The notes under the pieces were generated by a model, which worked only from the letters and a program-made list of their open reading frames with translations, was not told the DNA's origin and did not search any database. A DNA stretch of 63,964 nucleotides, the filler included, from Deltaproteobacteria bacterium (GTDB lineage: Bacteria; JAUYMQ01): assembly GCA_030698575.1 (NCBI GenBank). It is 8 parts of 8 records of this genome, joined end to end, with 100 filler letters (N's around TTAATTAATTAA, not from the genome) between each part and the next. Parts side by side here need not be neighbours in the genome. Positions count along the whole stretch, not along the records: positions 17,430 to 31,564 come from JAUYMQ010000065.1; 7 more parts are not named here. One strand, written 5' to 3'. A program made the position numbers and the translations under genes. The stretch's first letter is position 1. The number at the start of each line of letters is the position of its first letter. Shown here piece by piece: positions 17,995 through 26,939 of the stretch.

Positions 17995-19200
17995 CTAGAG
18001 GAACCGTTCAACGTAATCCTTGAATTGCTCGGAGATCTGGGCGTCGGTCATTCCGAAATCCTCGGCCGCATACTCGTGCTTGCCGAACTTGTGCTGCGGG
18101 CGCTCCGCCATCCACTTCCTCATGCGCGATTCGAAGCTTTCATCAAATTTCAGGCCGAAGTGATCGTAAATCCGCTTCACGGTCCCCACCGGGTCCGCGG
18201 TCAGATCGCGATAACGGATGTCCAGGATCCGGCCCTCGGGAATTGTTCGCCGGGAGGCCATGTTCCTCTCGACGAATTGCACGAACATACCGGTATTCGC
18301 GGCGGCCGCGCGCTTCACGTCAAGTGATTCGGTCAAGTAACTTTGCAGCGTGTACATGAGGCTGTTGATGCTGCTGGTGATCTTGACGGGATCGCGGTGC
18401 GTCTGGACGATCATCGCCTCGGGCACGGTCTCGATCAGTGCCTCGATGTGGCCCGTGTGGGCGGGCGCCTTGAGCGTGAGCCGCTTCCCGGGACTTGTTT
18501 CCTGGAGCAGCTGCAGGTGTTCCCGGTACACGCGGTAGCCCGGAAGGGGGTCCCGCCTCAGGTACCAATCGAGATATCCGTAAACCGGCGCCATGACCCA
18601 GAAGCTGAAGCTCCAGAAGCTGCTGTCGAAAAGAAAGATCTCCTCTTCCGGCTCGTCCACATCCACATGGTGTTTCGCATCAATGTCTGGCGCGACCTTC
18701 TTGAATCGCTTCACTTCACGGAGCGACATCTCACGGCGCTCGTCGGCGCCGGGCGGGGGAATGGGCTGCTGCATTTCCCACAGGGCAGGAGATCGCGCAT
18801 CTTCGGACAGCGAGAGCAACCGGTGCAGGAGCGTCGTGCCCGATCGTGGCAGCCCCAGCACGATGAGGGGAGGCACGAGCGGCAGCTTGAAAACCGCCGG
18901 CCTGCGTTGGCGCGCCTCGATTCTGAGAAGGCGGGTGACCAGGGAGTTCGTGATCAAGTCACGGTAAGCCAGCCGGCCGGTGAGCAGAAGCCCCGCGTCC
19001 CTTTCGACGGACTCGCAGAGAACCGAGAGACCCTCCTCGAAGTCCGCCTCGCCGAAATCGCGCAGCCCGATCATGCGCGTGGCTCTTTTCTTGAATTTCC
19101 CGGGGGCGAAGGAGAGAGGATGCAATCCCCCGGCGCGCAAACCGGCGCCGATGCCATTGATGATGCGAGAGGGGAGCGGATGGAGGACGGGTTCGAGCAT
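17995..19200 (-). CDS. PAPS-dependent sulfotransferase (Sulfotransfer_3 family)
   Basis: GLPRSGTTLLHRLL 5'-PSB loop, LKAPAH, HRDP...SINS. Confidence 0.92.
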   Translation of the reverse strand: MLEPVLHPLPSRIINGIGAGLRAGGLHPLSFAPGKFKKRATRMIGLRDFGEADFEEGLSVLCESVERDAGLLLTGRLAYRDLITNSLVTRLLRIEARQRRPAVFKLPLVPPLIVLGLPRSGTTLLHRLLSLSEDARSPALWEMQQPIPPPGADERREMSLREVKRFKKVAPDIDAKHHVDVDEPEEEIFLFDSSFWSFSFWVMAPVYGYLDWYLRRDPLPGYRVYREHLQLLQETSPGKRLTLKAPAHTGHIEALIETVPEAMIVQTHRDPVKITSSINSLMYTLQSYLTESLDVKRAAAANTGMFVQFVERNMASRRTIPEGRILDIRYRDLTADPVGTVKRIYDHFGLKFDESFESRMRKWMAERPQHKFGKHEYAAEDFGMTDAQISEQFKDYVERFL

Positions 19201-19231
19201 GACGTGACTCCACTGGTTGATGGGTGTTGAA

Positions 19232-19261
19232 CGTATACTCCGAGGCTGACCAATCGGTCAA
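19232..19261 (-). promoter_or_regulatory. Promoter of the sulfotransferase with overlapping TetR-type operator
   Basis: Minus strand TTGACC-N18-TATACG; palindrome TGACC-AATC-GGTCA at 19247-19260 overlaps the -35. Confidence 0.55.
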
Positions 19262-19691
19262 TTCGAGCGCAAAAGAAAGGCGCCCAGCGCCCCGAACCTG
19301 CTCCGACTCTCCTGCGTGATGGCGAACGCCGGCGCAGGGGTACTTCCACCTCGGTTATCGACAGCCCGGATGAAAAACCGGGAAAACCTGTGTGAAGACC
19401 CGATACGACGCGTCATCACGCAAGCTGGCCTGTGTACGTTCCCATGTCGAAGTAGTCCCGCCACACCCTGATCTTCCCGTTCTCGAGTTCGAATACGCCG
19501 ACGCAGGGAAGATCGATCGACTTCCCGCCCGCCTTCGTGCGGTCAAGGCGTTCGGCGACGACCAGGTCGCCGGCGGCTACGAGGTTAATAAGATCCCACG
19601 TTGTTTCGGTCCAGGAGGCGGTGAAGTTGCATATCATGCTCTTGATGTTCTCACGGCCCGTAACCGGCTGAATCGGCATGCTGTGATACGT

Positions 19692-20181
19692 TACAGAAGC
19701 GCGCACTCAGGGTGCGAAGGGAATCGAGAGTACATAAACCATGATGTAGAAAAGGCTCCCGACACCAAGATGTATCCAAAGCGGAATCACGCGAGAAAGA
19801 AGAACGATACGACGGCGGGCGGCAATTGCCGTAGCGAAGACGATGCCTGTTACGACCGGAAAGACGGTTAGTAAGAGGATATCTCGCCTTTCGATCGGAC
19901 TCGCGGCCCCCCAGAGGAGGAGCAACGTCCAGCCAGCCATTAGCGATGCAGCAATACTCCAAGCGTAACGATACTCAGAGCTGTTGCGGGATAAGTCGCC
20001 ACCGAATAGTGCGACACCAACTCGACGGGATAGCATCGGGATGATGGCGATGCCGTCCACGACGGCACCCAGAAGAAACGCGATTCTTACCAGAAGCGTG
20101 GCAGTTTCGATGGAAACCGTTGGCATCATAGCCTCCTGTGTTGCCTAACGGATTGGCGCTGACCTGTGGGCGCCGGAGGCA
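19692..20181 (+). mobile_element. Integron gene-cassette-like insertion with truncated attC
   Basis: Left junction at a GTT triplet, single lower-GC gene, right end GCCTAAC followed by an attC-like arm and apical hairpin; no target duplication. Confidence 0.6.
19707..20129 (-). CDS. Hypothetical 4-TM membrane protein carried on the insertion
   Basis: AGGAGG RBS, 140 aa, four hydrophobic segments, visibly lower GC than flanks. Confidence 0.8.
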   Translation of the reverse strand: MMPTVSIETATLLVRIAFLLGAVVDGIAIIPMLSRRVGVALFGGDLSRNSSEYRYAWSIAASLMAGWTLLLLWGAASPIERRDILLLTVFPVVTGIVFATAIAARRRIVLLSRVIPLWIHLGVGSLFYIMVYVLSIPFAP

Positions 20182-20315
20182 CCCGTCCTCGGTGAAGTAG
20201 CTTGCCAGCTCGGCCGGCTCGAGCCGTGACCAGACCTGGATGAACTCGCGGACGATGCGCTCATCGTGCGTCATGGAATGCTCCTCCTCCTGAGCTATTG
20301 CCGGCCTTGCCTCCT

Positions 20316-21062
20316 TCAGCGTGCAAATGCCTCTCCCACGGCCTTGCGCCCGATCTCGAAACATGCGCGCATGCCTTCGGCTGTCGCCCGCAGCCGCCCT
20401 ACCGGGAGCGGCACTCCCGGATGAACAAGTGTGATCCGGTCTCGGAACGCTGGCGGGATGCGATGAACTGTTCGGTCGCACAGGCGCTTGCGGAAACGTC
20501 CCCGGGGGTCGGTCAGGACCACCACAGCGTGCCTGCACCCGGCCTCGAAAGCAGCCTCGTATGGCACGTTGTCGGCGAAACCGCCGTCGGCGTAGTAGCG
20601 TCCATCAATGCGTACCGGCCGCCCGTAAAGCCCAGGCACGTAGTTCGATGCCATGAGGGTGGCGAGAAACTCGCGCCGGCTCCTCCAGTGTTCGAACAGG
20701 TGAAGACGGCGGTGGCGCACCCTCGTGGCTCCAATGAGAAGTCGTACAGGGCTCGCCTCAAGGCGGTCGAACCTGAGCGAGCGGGCCGGGACACGAGTCA
20801 CAATCTCCTGAAAGTTCGAGGGCGTTCCGTAGCGCCACAGATTCGCCAGCCGCAGCTTTCGTGCCTCAGCGACTCGCATCCAGAATGAGCGCATCTCGTT
20901 TACCTGGTCAGTTGCCACGCACGCAGCATTCCATGCGCCCGATGAGACGCCGACCACGACGTCGAAGCGGAACCCGCGCGCCCCCAGTTCCTCGATGACG
21001 CCCACCTGGAAGGCGTTCCGGAGGAAGCCGCCAGACAGAACGAGGCCAAGGCCGGAGCCCAT
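20316..21062 (-). CDS. Patatin-like phospholipase/esterase
   Basis: LVLSGG, GVSSG nucleophile elbow, DGG motif; start chosen at ATG (MGSGLG). Confidence 0.85.
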   Translation of the reverse strand: MGSGLGLVLSGGFLRNAFQVGVIEELGARGFRFDVVVGVSSGAWNAACVATDQVNEMRSFWMRVAEARKLRLANLWRYGTPSNFQEIVTRVPARSLRFDRLEASPVRLLIGATRVRHRRLHLFEHWRSRREFLATLMASNYVPGLYGRPVRIDGRYYADGGFADNVPYEAAFEAGCRHAVVVLTDPRGRFRKRLCDRTVHRIPPAFRDRITLVHPGVPLPVGRLRATAEGMRACFEIGRKAVGEAFAR

Positions 21063-21123
21063 CTCGCTTCTAGCTCGGCCGGGTATCAGGGGGTCACCGC
21101 TGAGCACGGCCTGGATGTCCCGC

Positions 21124-22161
21124 TCATGATGCGTCCGGAAGCAGCGCGAGCCGCACGGGATCGCCGCGCCGGGCCGCGAGATCATCCAGCGCCTCCGCCG
21201 CGCGCTCGAGGGGATACCGGGCGGTGATCGAGTGCGAGAGGTCCAGCTCACCGGACGACGCCAGCGCGACGACGCGGTCGAGTTCCGCGCGCGTGTAACC
21301 CATCGAACCGAGGAGGGCGATCTCGCGCCCGACGAAGGAGAGAAGAGGGGGGAGCCGGGGAGACTCGGTCCCCACGCCTCCCACCACGACGCGCCCGCTG
21401 CGGGCGACAGCCGCAAGCGCGAGTTCCACGGAATCCTTCCGGCCCACATACTCGATAACGACGTCCGGCCCGTCGCCGCCGGCGGCTTTCCGGATTGACT
21501 TGCGCGCGTCGTCACTGCGCGCATCGACCGTTGCGTCGGCTCCCGCAGCCGTCGCCCGCCGAAGCGCCCCTTCGCTCACATCCACGGCAACGATTGTCCC
21601 GGCCCCGAGGAGTCGGGCGAGCAGTATTGCGTGATAGCCCACGCCGCCACAGCCGATCACGGCGACCCGCTCCCCGCCCGAGATGCAGCCGCGGGTGGCG
21701 ACAGCGTGATAGGCCGTGGCCACCGCATCGGCCAGGATCGCGCCGTGCTCGAAGGGGACATTGTCGGGAATCTTCAGCACGCAACCCGCGGGAACGACCA
21801 TGCGCTCGGCGAATGTTCCGTCGCGCGCCATGCCGAAGATGGCCGCCCTGGGGCACAGACCGAGATGGCCGGCCCGGCAGGGAGCGCACTCGCCGCATGT
21901 TTCGCTCGGGAGCAGAAGCACCCGGTCTCCGACCGCAGCGCCCTCGACGCCTTCTCCGACGCTTTCGATGACCCCCGCGCCCTCATGGCCCATGACCACG
22001 GGAAGGGCGGGTATCGGCAGCAATCCACGGCTGGCGTGCAGATCGGTTCCGCATACCCCCGCCGCGCGAAGCGCGACGCGAACCTGCCCCCGGCCCGGGA
22101 CCGGATCGGGAATCTCTTCGACTCTTACCTGCGCTCCCTCATGCAACCGGACCGCCTTCAT
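21124..22161 (-). CDS. Zinc-dependent alcohol dehydrogenase (MDR)
   Basis: GVCGTD, GHEGAG, CGECAPC...C structural Zn site, GCGGVG. Confidence 0.95.
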   Translation of the reverse strand: MKAVRLHEGAQVRVEEIPDPVPGRGQVRVALRAAGVCGTDLHASRGLLPIPALPVVMGHEGAGVIESVGEGVEGAAVGDRVLLLPSETCGECAPCRAGHLGLCPRAAIFGMARDGTFAERMVVPAGCVLKIPDNVPFEHGAILADAVATAYHAVATRGCISGGERVAVIGCGGVGYHAILLARLLGAGTIVAVDVSEGALRRATAAGADATVDARSDDARKSIRKAAGGDGPDVVIEYVGRKDSVELALAAVARSGRVVVGGVGTESPRLPPLLSFVGREIALLGSMGYTRAELDRVVALASSGELDLSHSITARYPLERAAEALDDLAARRGDPVRLALLPDAS

Positions 22162-22170
22162 CGCGCCTCC

Positions 22171-23733
22171 TCACTCCGCGCCGTGGACCTTCCGGTCCAG
22201 GCCTTTCCAGTAAGGCTCCCGCAGCGCGCGGCGCAGGATCTTTCCAACCGCGGTCTTCGGTAGCTCAGGCATGACCTCGATCACCTTTGGAACCTTGAAT
22301 CGCGCGAGATGTTCCCGCGAGAAAGCGATGAGCTCTTCCGGCGTCGCGGCGGCGCCCGGACGGAGAACCACGGCGGCGCGAATCGCCTCCCCCCACTTCG
22401 GGTCCGGCACGGCGAAAGCCGCGCACTCGGCCACGGCCGGATGCCCGGCAAGCGCCCCCTCCACCTCGGCGGGATAGACGTTGAATCCGCCCGATATGAT
22501 CTTGTCCTCAGTGCGGTCGGCCAGGTAGACGTACCCCTTCTCGTCGGTTCGCCCGAGGTCTCCGGTGCGGAGCCAGCCATTCCTCAAACGCCGCGCGTCG
22601 AGGTCCGGCCGGTTCCAGAAACCTGGCGTCGTCCAGGGCGCCGAAACGCAGATCTCGCCCACCTCGCCGGGGGGCAGATCGGCGCCGTTCTCGTCCTGGA
22701 TGCGCACCTGCGCGAAGGCCGGAATCTCGCGGCCCACGGAGGTGAGGCGCGCGCCGCCCTCCTCGAGATCCGCCTCGTGTTCCGCAGGGGAGAGCAGGGT
22801 GTTGAGTCCATAGGCTTCGGTCTGGCCGAACCCGGTGTAGAGGGCCGAGCCGAGCCGCTCGAGGGCTCGACGCACAAGGGAGGGGGCCGCGGGGGCCGCC
22901 GCGTACAGCACCACGCGCAGGCTCGAGAGATCGGCGCCCGCGGCATCGGGATCATCGAGCAGCATTCGCAGAAGCGTTGGGATGACGAGCAGAATCGTGA
23001 TCCGATGTTCCACGATCGCCCCGAGCATTGCCTTCGGGTCAGGTCCGGGAAGAATGACAAGCGCTGCTCCGGCGACCCAGCTCGTGTCCATGGCGCGGCC
23101 TCCGAAGTGGCTGAGAGCCAGGTGCCCGAGCAGGCGATCCGTGGGCGCGACGTTGAAGGTCGTCGCCCAGGCGCCCATCGCGGCGGCGACGCTTGCGTAA
23201 CTGTGCGTCACCCCCTTGGGGTGTCCGGTCGTTCCCGACGTGTAGAGGATCTGGGCCAGCTCGGAAGGGGCGCGGTCGATCTCGGGCTGCTCCCCGGGGA
23301 CGCGGCCGGCGAGCGCAACGAGATCGGTCGCGCCGTCCGCCTCGCCGAAGGAGAGCACCGTCGCACCCACGTTCGCTCCCAGTGATACGGCACGGGGAAC
23401 GGTTTCGGGACCCGGCGCCACGATGAACCGGGCGCCCGAATCTCGCGCCATGAAGGTGTGCTCGTTCTCCGTCAGCGCCCCCAGCATGGGAACAAGCACG
23501 CCGCCCGCTCTCGCGATCGCTATGGCCGTTTCGACGTACTCGGTGCGGTTCTGCTGAACCACCGCCACCCGCTCGCCCGGTTCCAGCCCGAGCTGCACGA
23601 GCGCTCGCGCCAGCCGGCTTGCGCGGGCGTCCAGCTCCCGGTAGGTGCTTCGGCGGGGGCCGTCGACGATGGCGGTCTGCTCGGGCCATCGCTTGGCTGC
23701 GCGGGCCGGATAATGTGAGTAGGGATGGATCAC
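22171..23733 (-). CDS. Acyl-CoA synthetase (AMP-forming)
   Basis: YTSGTTGHPKG, FGQTE, RTGDLG, PKTAVGK; GTG start overlaps the upstream stop. Confidence 0.93.
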   Translation of the reverse strand: MIHPYSHYPARAAKRWPEQTAIVDGPRRSTYRELDARASRLARALVQLGLEPGERVAVVQQNRTEYVETAIAIARAGGVLVPMLGALTENEHTFMARDSGARFIVAPGPETVPRAVSLGANVGATVLSFGEADGATDLVALAGRVPGEQPEIDRAPSELAQILYTSGTTGHPKGVTHSYASVAAAMGAWATTFNVAPTDRLLGHLALSHFGGRAMDTSWVAGAALVILPGPDPKAMLGAIVEHRITILLVIPTLLRMLLDDPDAAGADLSSLRVVLYAAAPAAPSLVRRALERLGSALYTGFGQTEAYGLNTLLSPAEHEADLEEGGARLTSVGREIPAFAQVRIQDENGADLPPGEVGEICVSAPWTTPGFWNRPDLDARRLRNGWLRTGDLGRTDEKGYVYLADRTEDKIISGGFNVYPAEVEGALAGHPAVAECAAFAVPDPKWGEAIRAAVVLRPGAAATPEELIAFSREHLARFKVPKVIEVMPELPKTAVGKILRRALREPYWKGLDRKVHGAE

Positions 23734-24593
23734 GGACGGACCTTCTTCCATTCGGGCGGCAGGCGACGCTCGTCCGGGCCCGCGTAACGGGCACCGAGCT
23801 GTCTCGGTATGATCCGGAGAGGCACCCCCTCTCGGATCTCCTCGACGACATGCGCGAGCAGGGACATGCCGTAGGTCAGCGCGCCGAGGCCGCCGATGGC
23901 GAGCGGATCGAACCCGAGATCGGCCAGCAGCGCGCCGATTGCGCCGGCCAGGTTGATCGGGATCTTCCTGTCCTTGCGCGCGGCGATCTCCGCCTCGATG
24001 GCGTCCAGCATCCGTCCATGCGCGCGCCAGCCGTCGCGCGCGAGGGCAAGGCGACGGAGGGTCACGGCCCGCGGCTCTGCTTCCTTGTGGATGGGATGCC
24101 CCAGCCCGGGGACGCTTCCGCGGCGCTCGAGCCAGATGTCGACCGCTTTGCGTGCGGCCTCGGCCTCGGTCCACTTCCAGCCGAGCGCTTCGATCAGCAT
24201 TTCAGCCGGCTCCTGCGGCGATCCCGTGACCGAGCCGGTGGCCAGCATCCCGCTTGCAAGCCCCGGAACGACCGAGTCAGGAAAGGCTGAGGCCGTGAAG
24301 CGGGCCGCGCATGCGGCCGAGTTGACGAATTCCTGATCCATGCCGCTTCGTAGCGCGAGATCGAAAAGCGCGGCCTCGCGCTCATCCGGCAACTCTCCGT
24401 TGACGAGCAGAAACGCGGATTCCGTGTACGTAAGGTGCTCGATAAGCTCCTCTACCGGGTAGCCGCGCACCCAGATACGTCCCTTCTCGGCGCGGCTGAT
24501 GCGAGTCGACCAGTAGTCGCTCCAGTCTCCGGATGCGACGTATTGCCCCACGTTGCGCCCGCGGCGCCCAACACCTGGCTTGGACACGCTCAC
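23730..24593 (-). CDS. Citryl-CoA lyase / citrate synthase-fold protein
   Basis: IWVRGYPVEEL, VPGLGHPIHK, PINLAGAIGALL. Confidence 0.82.
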   Translation of the reverse strand: MSVSKPGVGRRGRNVGQYVASGDWSDYWSTRISRAEKGRIWVRGYPVEELIEHLTYTESAFLLVNGELPDEREAALFDLALRSGMDQEFVNSAACAARFTASAFPDSVVPGLASGMLATGSVTGSPQEPAEMLIEALGWKWTEAEAARKAVDIWLERRGSVPGLGHPIHKEAEPRAVTLRRLALARDGWRAHGRMLDAIEAEIAARKDRKIPINLAGAIGALLADLGFDPLAIGGLGALTYGMSLLAHVVEEIREGVPLRIIPRQLGARYAGPDERRLPPEWKKVRP

Positions 24594-25381
24594 CTCCCTT
24601 TGAACTCCGGCTTTCGTTTTTCCAGAAAGGCGCGGGGACCCTCCTGGGCGTCCTCGCTCTGCCGAACCGGCTCGGCGATCCGCTGCTCGAGGCGGAGTCC
24701 CTCATCGAGCGAAAGGTCGAGGCCGCTCCAGACAGCGGCCTTCGCGGCCCGAACGGCGAGCGGCGCGTTTTCGGCTATTCGGATCGCGATGGACAAAGCC
24801 TCCTCGCGCAGGCGCGCGAGCGGGACAACCTTTGTGACCAGCCCGATCCGCTCCGCCTCGCGTGCATCAATCCGCCGACCGCTCAGAATGAGATCGAGTG
24901 CTCGTTCCGGCCCGATGAGGCGAGGAAGCCTTTGCGTCCCGCCTGCGCCGGGGATGATCCCGCGCGTCACCTCGGGGAGGCCGAAGGTCGCGTTCTCGGA
25001 GGCGATCCGGAGATCACAGGCGAGGGCTGTCTCGAGGCCACCGGCGAGGCAGTACCCGTTGATTGCCGCGATGATCGGTTTGTCGATTCGAAGGTTGCGC
25101 GTGATCCCGCCCAGACCGGGCTCGCTATCAGCGCGCCGCAGCCGCTCGGACGAAGTCATGCTCTTGTAGAACTCTCCTACCCCGCGAAGATCGGCTCCGG
25201 AACAGAAGGCTTTTTCACCTGCACCGGTGAGAACGGCCACCCGCAGGCGGTCGTCGTCCCTGAACTCACTCCAGGCCCGGGTGAGTTCATCACTTGTCCC
25301 AGAGTCGAGCGCGTTATGTACTTCCGGACGATCGATGGTCAGGATCGCGACGGATCCATCGCGTTCGAAACGGATGCTCAC
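24590..25381 (-). CDS. Enoyl-CoA hydratase/isomerase
   Basis: FCSGADL, GGLETALACDLRIA, PEVTRGIIPGAGGTQRL. Confidence 0.93.
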   Translation of the reverse strand: MSIRFERDGSVAILTIDRPEVHNALDSGTSDELTRAWSEFRDDDRLRVAVLTGAGEKAFCSGADLRGVGEFYKSMTSSERLRRADSEPGLGGITRNLRIDKPIIAAINGYCLAGGLETALACDLRIASENATFGLPEVTRGIIPGAGGTQRLPRLIGPERALDLILSGRRIDAREAERIGLVTKVVPLARLREEALSIAIRIAENAPLAVRAAKAAVWSGLDLSLDEGLRLEQRIAEPVRQSEDAQEGPRAFLEKRKPEFKGR

Positions 25382-25803
25382 GACGGCTCCTTTTCCGGCC
25401 CCGCCGGCTCGAAACGGGGCAGCGTGAATTCGCCCACGTTTTCGAATCGCGCGCGCACGGGCATGTCGATTCGAACGCGTTCGGGCGCGCAGCCGACCAC
25501 GTTCGAGACCAGGCGCGGGCCCTCGCGGAGCTCGATGACCGCCACCACGTACGGCTGGGGAAGCCCTGGGTGATAGGTCCGGCGGTAGACGGCGAACGTC
25601 CGGACCGCGCCTTCGCCTGACGCCGTCCGGGTGGTGATGCGCATCGCCCAGCAACGCGGACAACAGGGCCCGGGCGGCAGAAAGAGGTGCCCGCAGGATT
25701 CACATGCGCAGAGATCGAGCCTTCCTTGCCGGCAGGCCTCCCAGAAACGGCGCGTCAGGGCGTCCGGTTCGGGTAACGGTGGCGTAGTTGCGTCGGGATC
25801 CAC
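25378..25803 (-). CDS. DUF35 Zn-ribbon/OB-fold protein (ChsH2 C-terminal-like)
   Basis: CESC...CPRC, PYVVAVIELREGPRLVSNV. Confidence 0.9.
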   Translation of the reverse strand: MDPDATTPPLPEPDALTRRFWEACRQGRLDLCACESCGHLFLPPGPCCPRCWAMRITTRTASGEGAVRTFAVYRRTYHPGLPQPYVVAVIELREGPRLVSNVVGCAPERVRIDMPVRARFENVGEFTLPRFEPAGPEKEPS

Positions 25804-25805
25804 GC

Positions 25806-26939
25806 TTACCTCCCGAGCACGAGTGTCGCGTGCGTGTTCATGCCGAGGCCGTGACCCGAGACAAGCGCGATCTCGGCGCCCGGAACCTGCCGCTCGCCGG
25901 CTTCTCCCCGCAGCTGCCGGACCGCCTCGATCACGTGGAGCATGCCCCCGCCGTACCCCTCGGCCAGGAGGCCGCCGCTTGGATTCACGGCAAGCTTTCC
26001 GCCGGGCGCGATGCGTCCTCCTTCGACAAAAGGCCCGGCCTCCCCCTTCTTGCAGAACCCGTAGTCCTCGAGCTGAAGCAGGACCACGATCGTGAAGCAG
26101 TCGTAGAGCAGCGCGACGTCGACGTCATCCGCGGTCACACCCGCGCGCGCCAGGGCCTCGGGGCCGCAGCGCGCCGCGGGAAGCGTCTCGAAATGCTCAG
26201 GGGAGGTGAAGGTCCGGAGCCGATGCGCCTGGGCCTGGGAGAGAATCCGCGCGAAGGGACGGCGTAGAGCAGCGGCGCGCTCCTCCGTGGTCACCAGGAC
26301 CGCCGCGGCCCCATCCGACACGAGGCAGCAATCCAGTTTTCGAAGCGGATCCACGACCGGGTCGGATTCGAGATACTCCTGCAGGCTGATCGGCCGTCGT
26401 TTCTGTGCGTGAGGCGTTCGGGCGCCGCATGCCCGCGCCGCGACGGCGACCTCTCCGAGGTGCTCCGGGCGCGTGCCGTACAGATGCATGTGCCTCTGCG
26501 CGGCCATCGCGTGCAGGCCCACGGCCCCGAACAAGCCATAGGCCGCGTCGTCACCCCGTCCGTAGGCGTAGGCGCCCGGCGTCGAGAGCGCGCTGTCGCC
26601 GTACACGCAAAGGCAGGTCGAGCAGAGACCGGCTTCGACGGCCAGCGCGGCGCGGCCGACAATCGCGGCGCTTCCGGCGCCGCCGAGAATCTCCGTCCCC
26701 GTGTAGAGCGGATCGATCCCGAGGAGGCCGCCGAGCCTGAGGAAGTGAGGCGTGATTCCCTCCATGGGCCCCCGGGCGAAGCCGGGATCGGTGAGGAGCC
26801 CGTCGATCTCCAGGGGGTCGAGCCCCGCGTCCCGGGCGGCGAGGGCGGCCGCTTCCGCCTCCAGCTCGAAAGCGCTCCGGCCCGGATGCTTCCCGAAGGA
26901 GGTGTGTCCGACGCCGGCGATGACGGCGCGCCGCTTCAC
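25806..26939 (-). CDS. Thiolase-fold protein, Ltp2-like aldolase
   Basis: DCCLVSDG, LYDCFT, NPSGGLLAEGY; GGAGS in place of the thiolase catalytic Cys; adjacent DUF35 gene. Confidence 0.88.
   Translation of the reverse strand: MKRRAVIAGVGHTSFGKHPGRSAFELEAEAAALAARDAGLDPLEIDGLLTDPGFARGPMEGITPHFLRLGGLLGIDPLYTGTEILGGAGSAAIVGRAALAVEAGLCSTCLCVYGDSALSTPGAYAYGRGDDAAYGLFGAVGLHAMAAQRHMHLYGTRPEHLGEVAVAARACGARTPHAQKRRPISLQEYLESDPVVDPLRKLDCCLVSDGAAAVLVTTEERAAALRRPFARILSQAQAHRLRTFTSPEHFETLPAARCGPEALARAGVTADDVDVALLYDCFTIVVLLQLEDYGFCKKGEAGPFVEGGRIAPGGKLAVNPSGGLLAEGYGGGMLHVIEAVRQLRGEAGERQVPGAEIALVSGHGLGMNTHATLVLGR

Larger units (their letters stand above)
19416..20274 (-). pseudogene. Limonene-1,2-epoxide hydrolase family gene split by a 490-bp insertion
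   Basis: 5' part 20274-20182 (MTHDERIVREF...YFTEDG, strong RBS) and 3' part 19691-19416 (TYHSMP...ERLD...WRDYFD) join in frame to a 122-aa protein. Confidence 0.85.
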
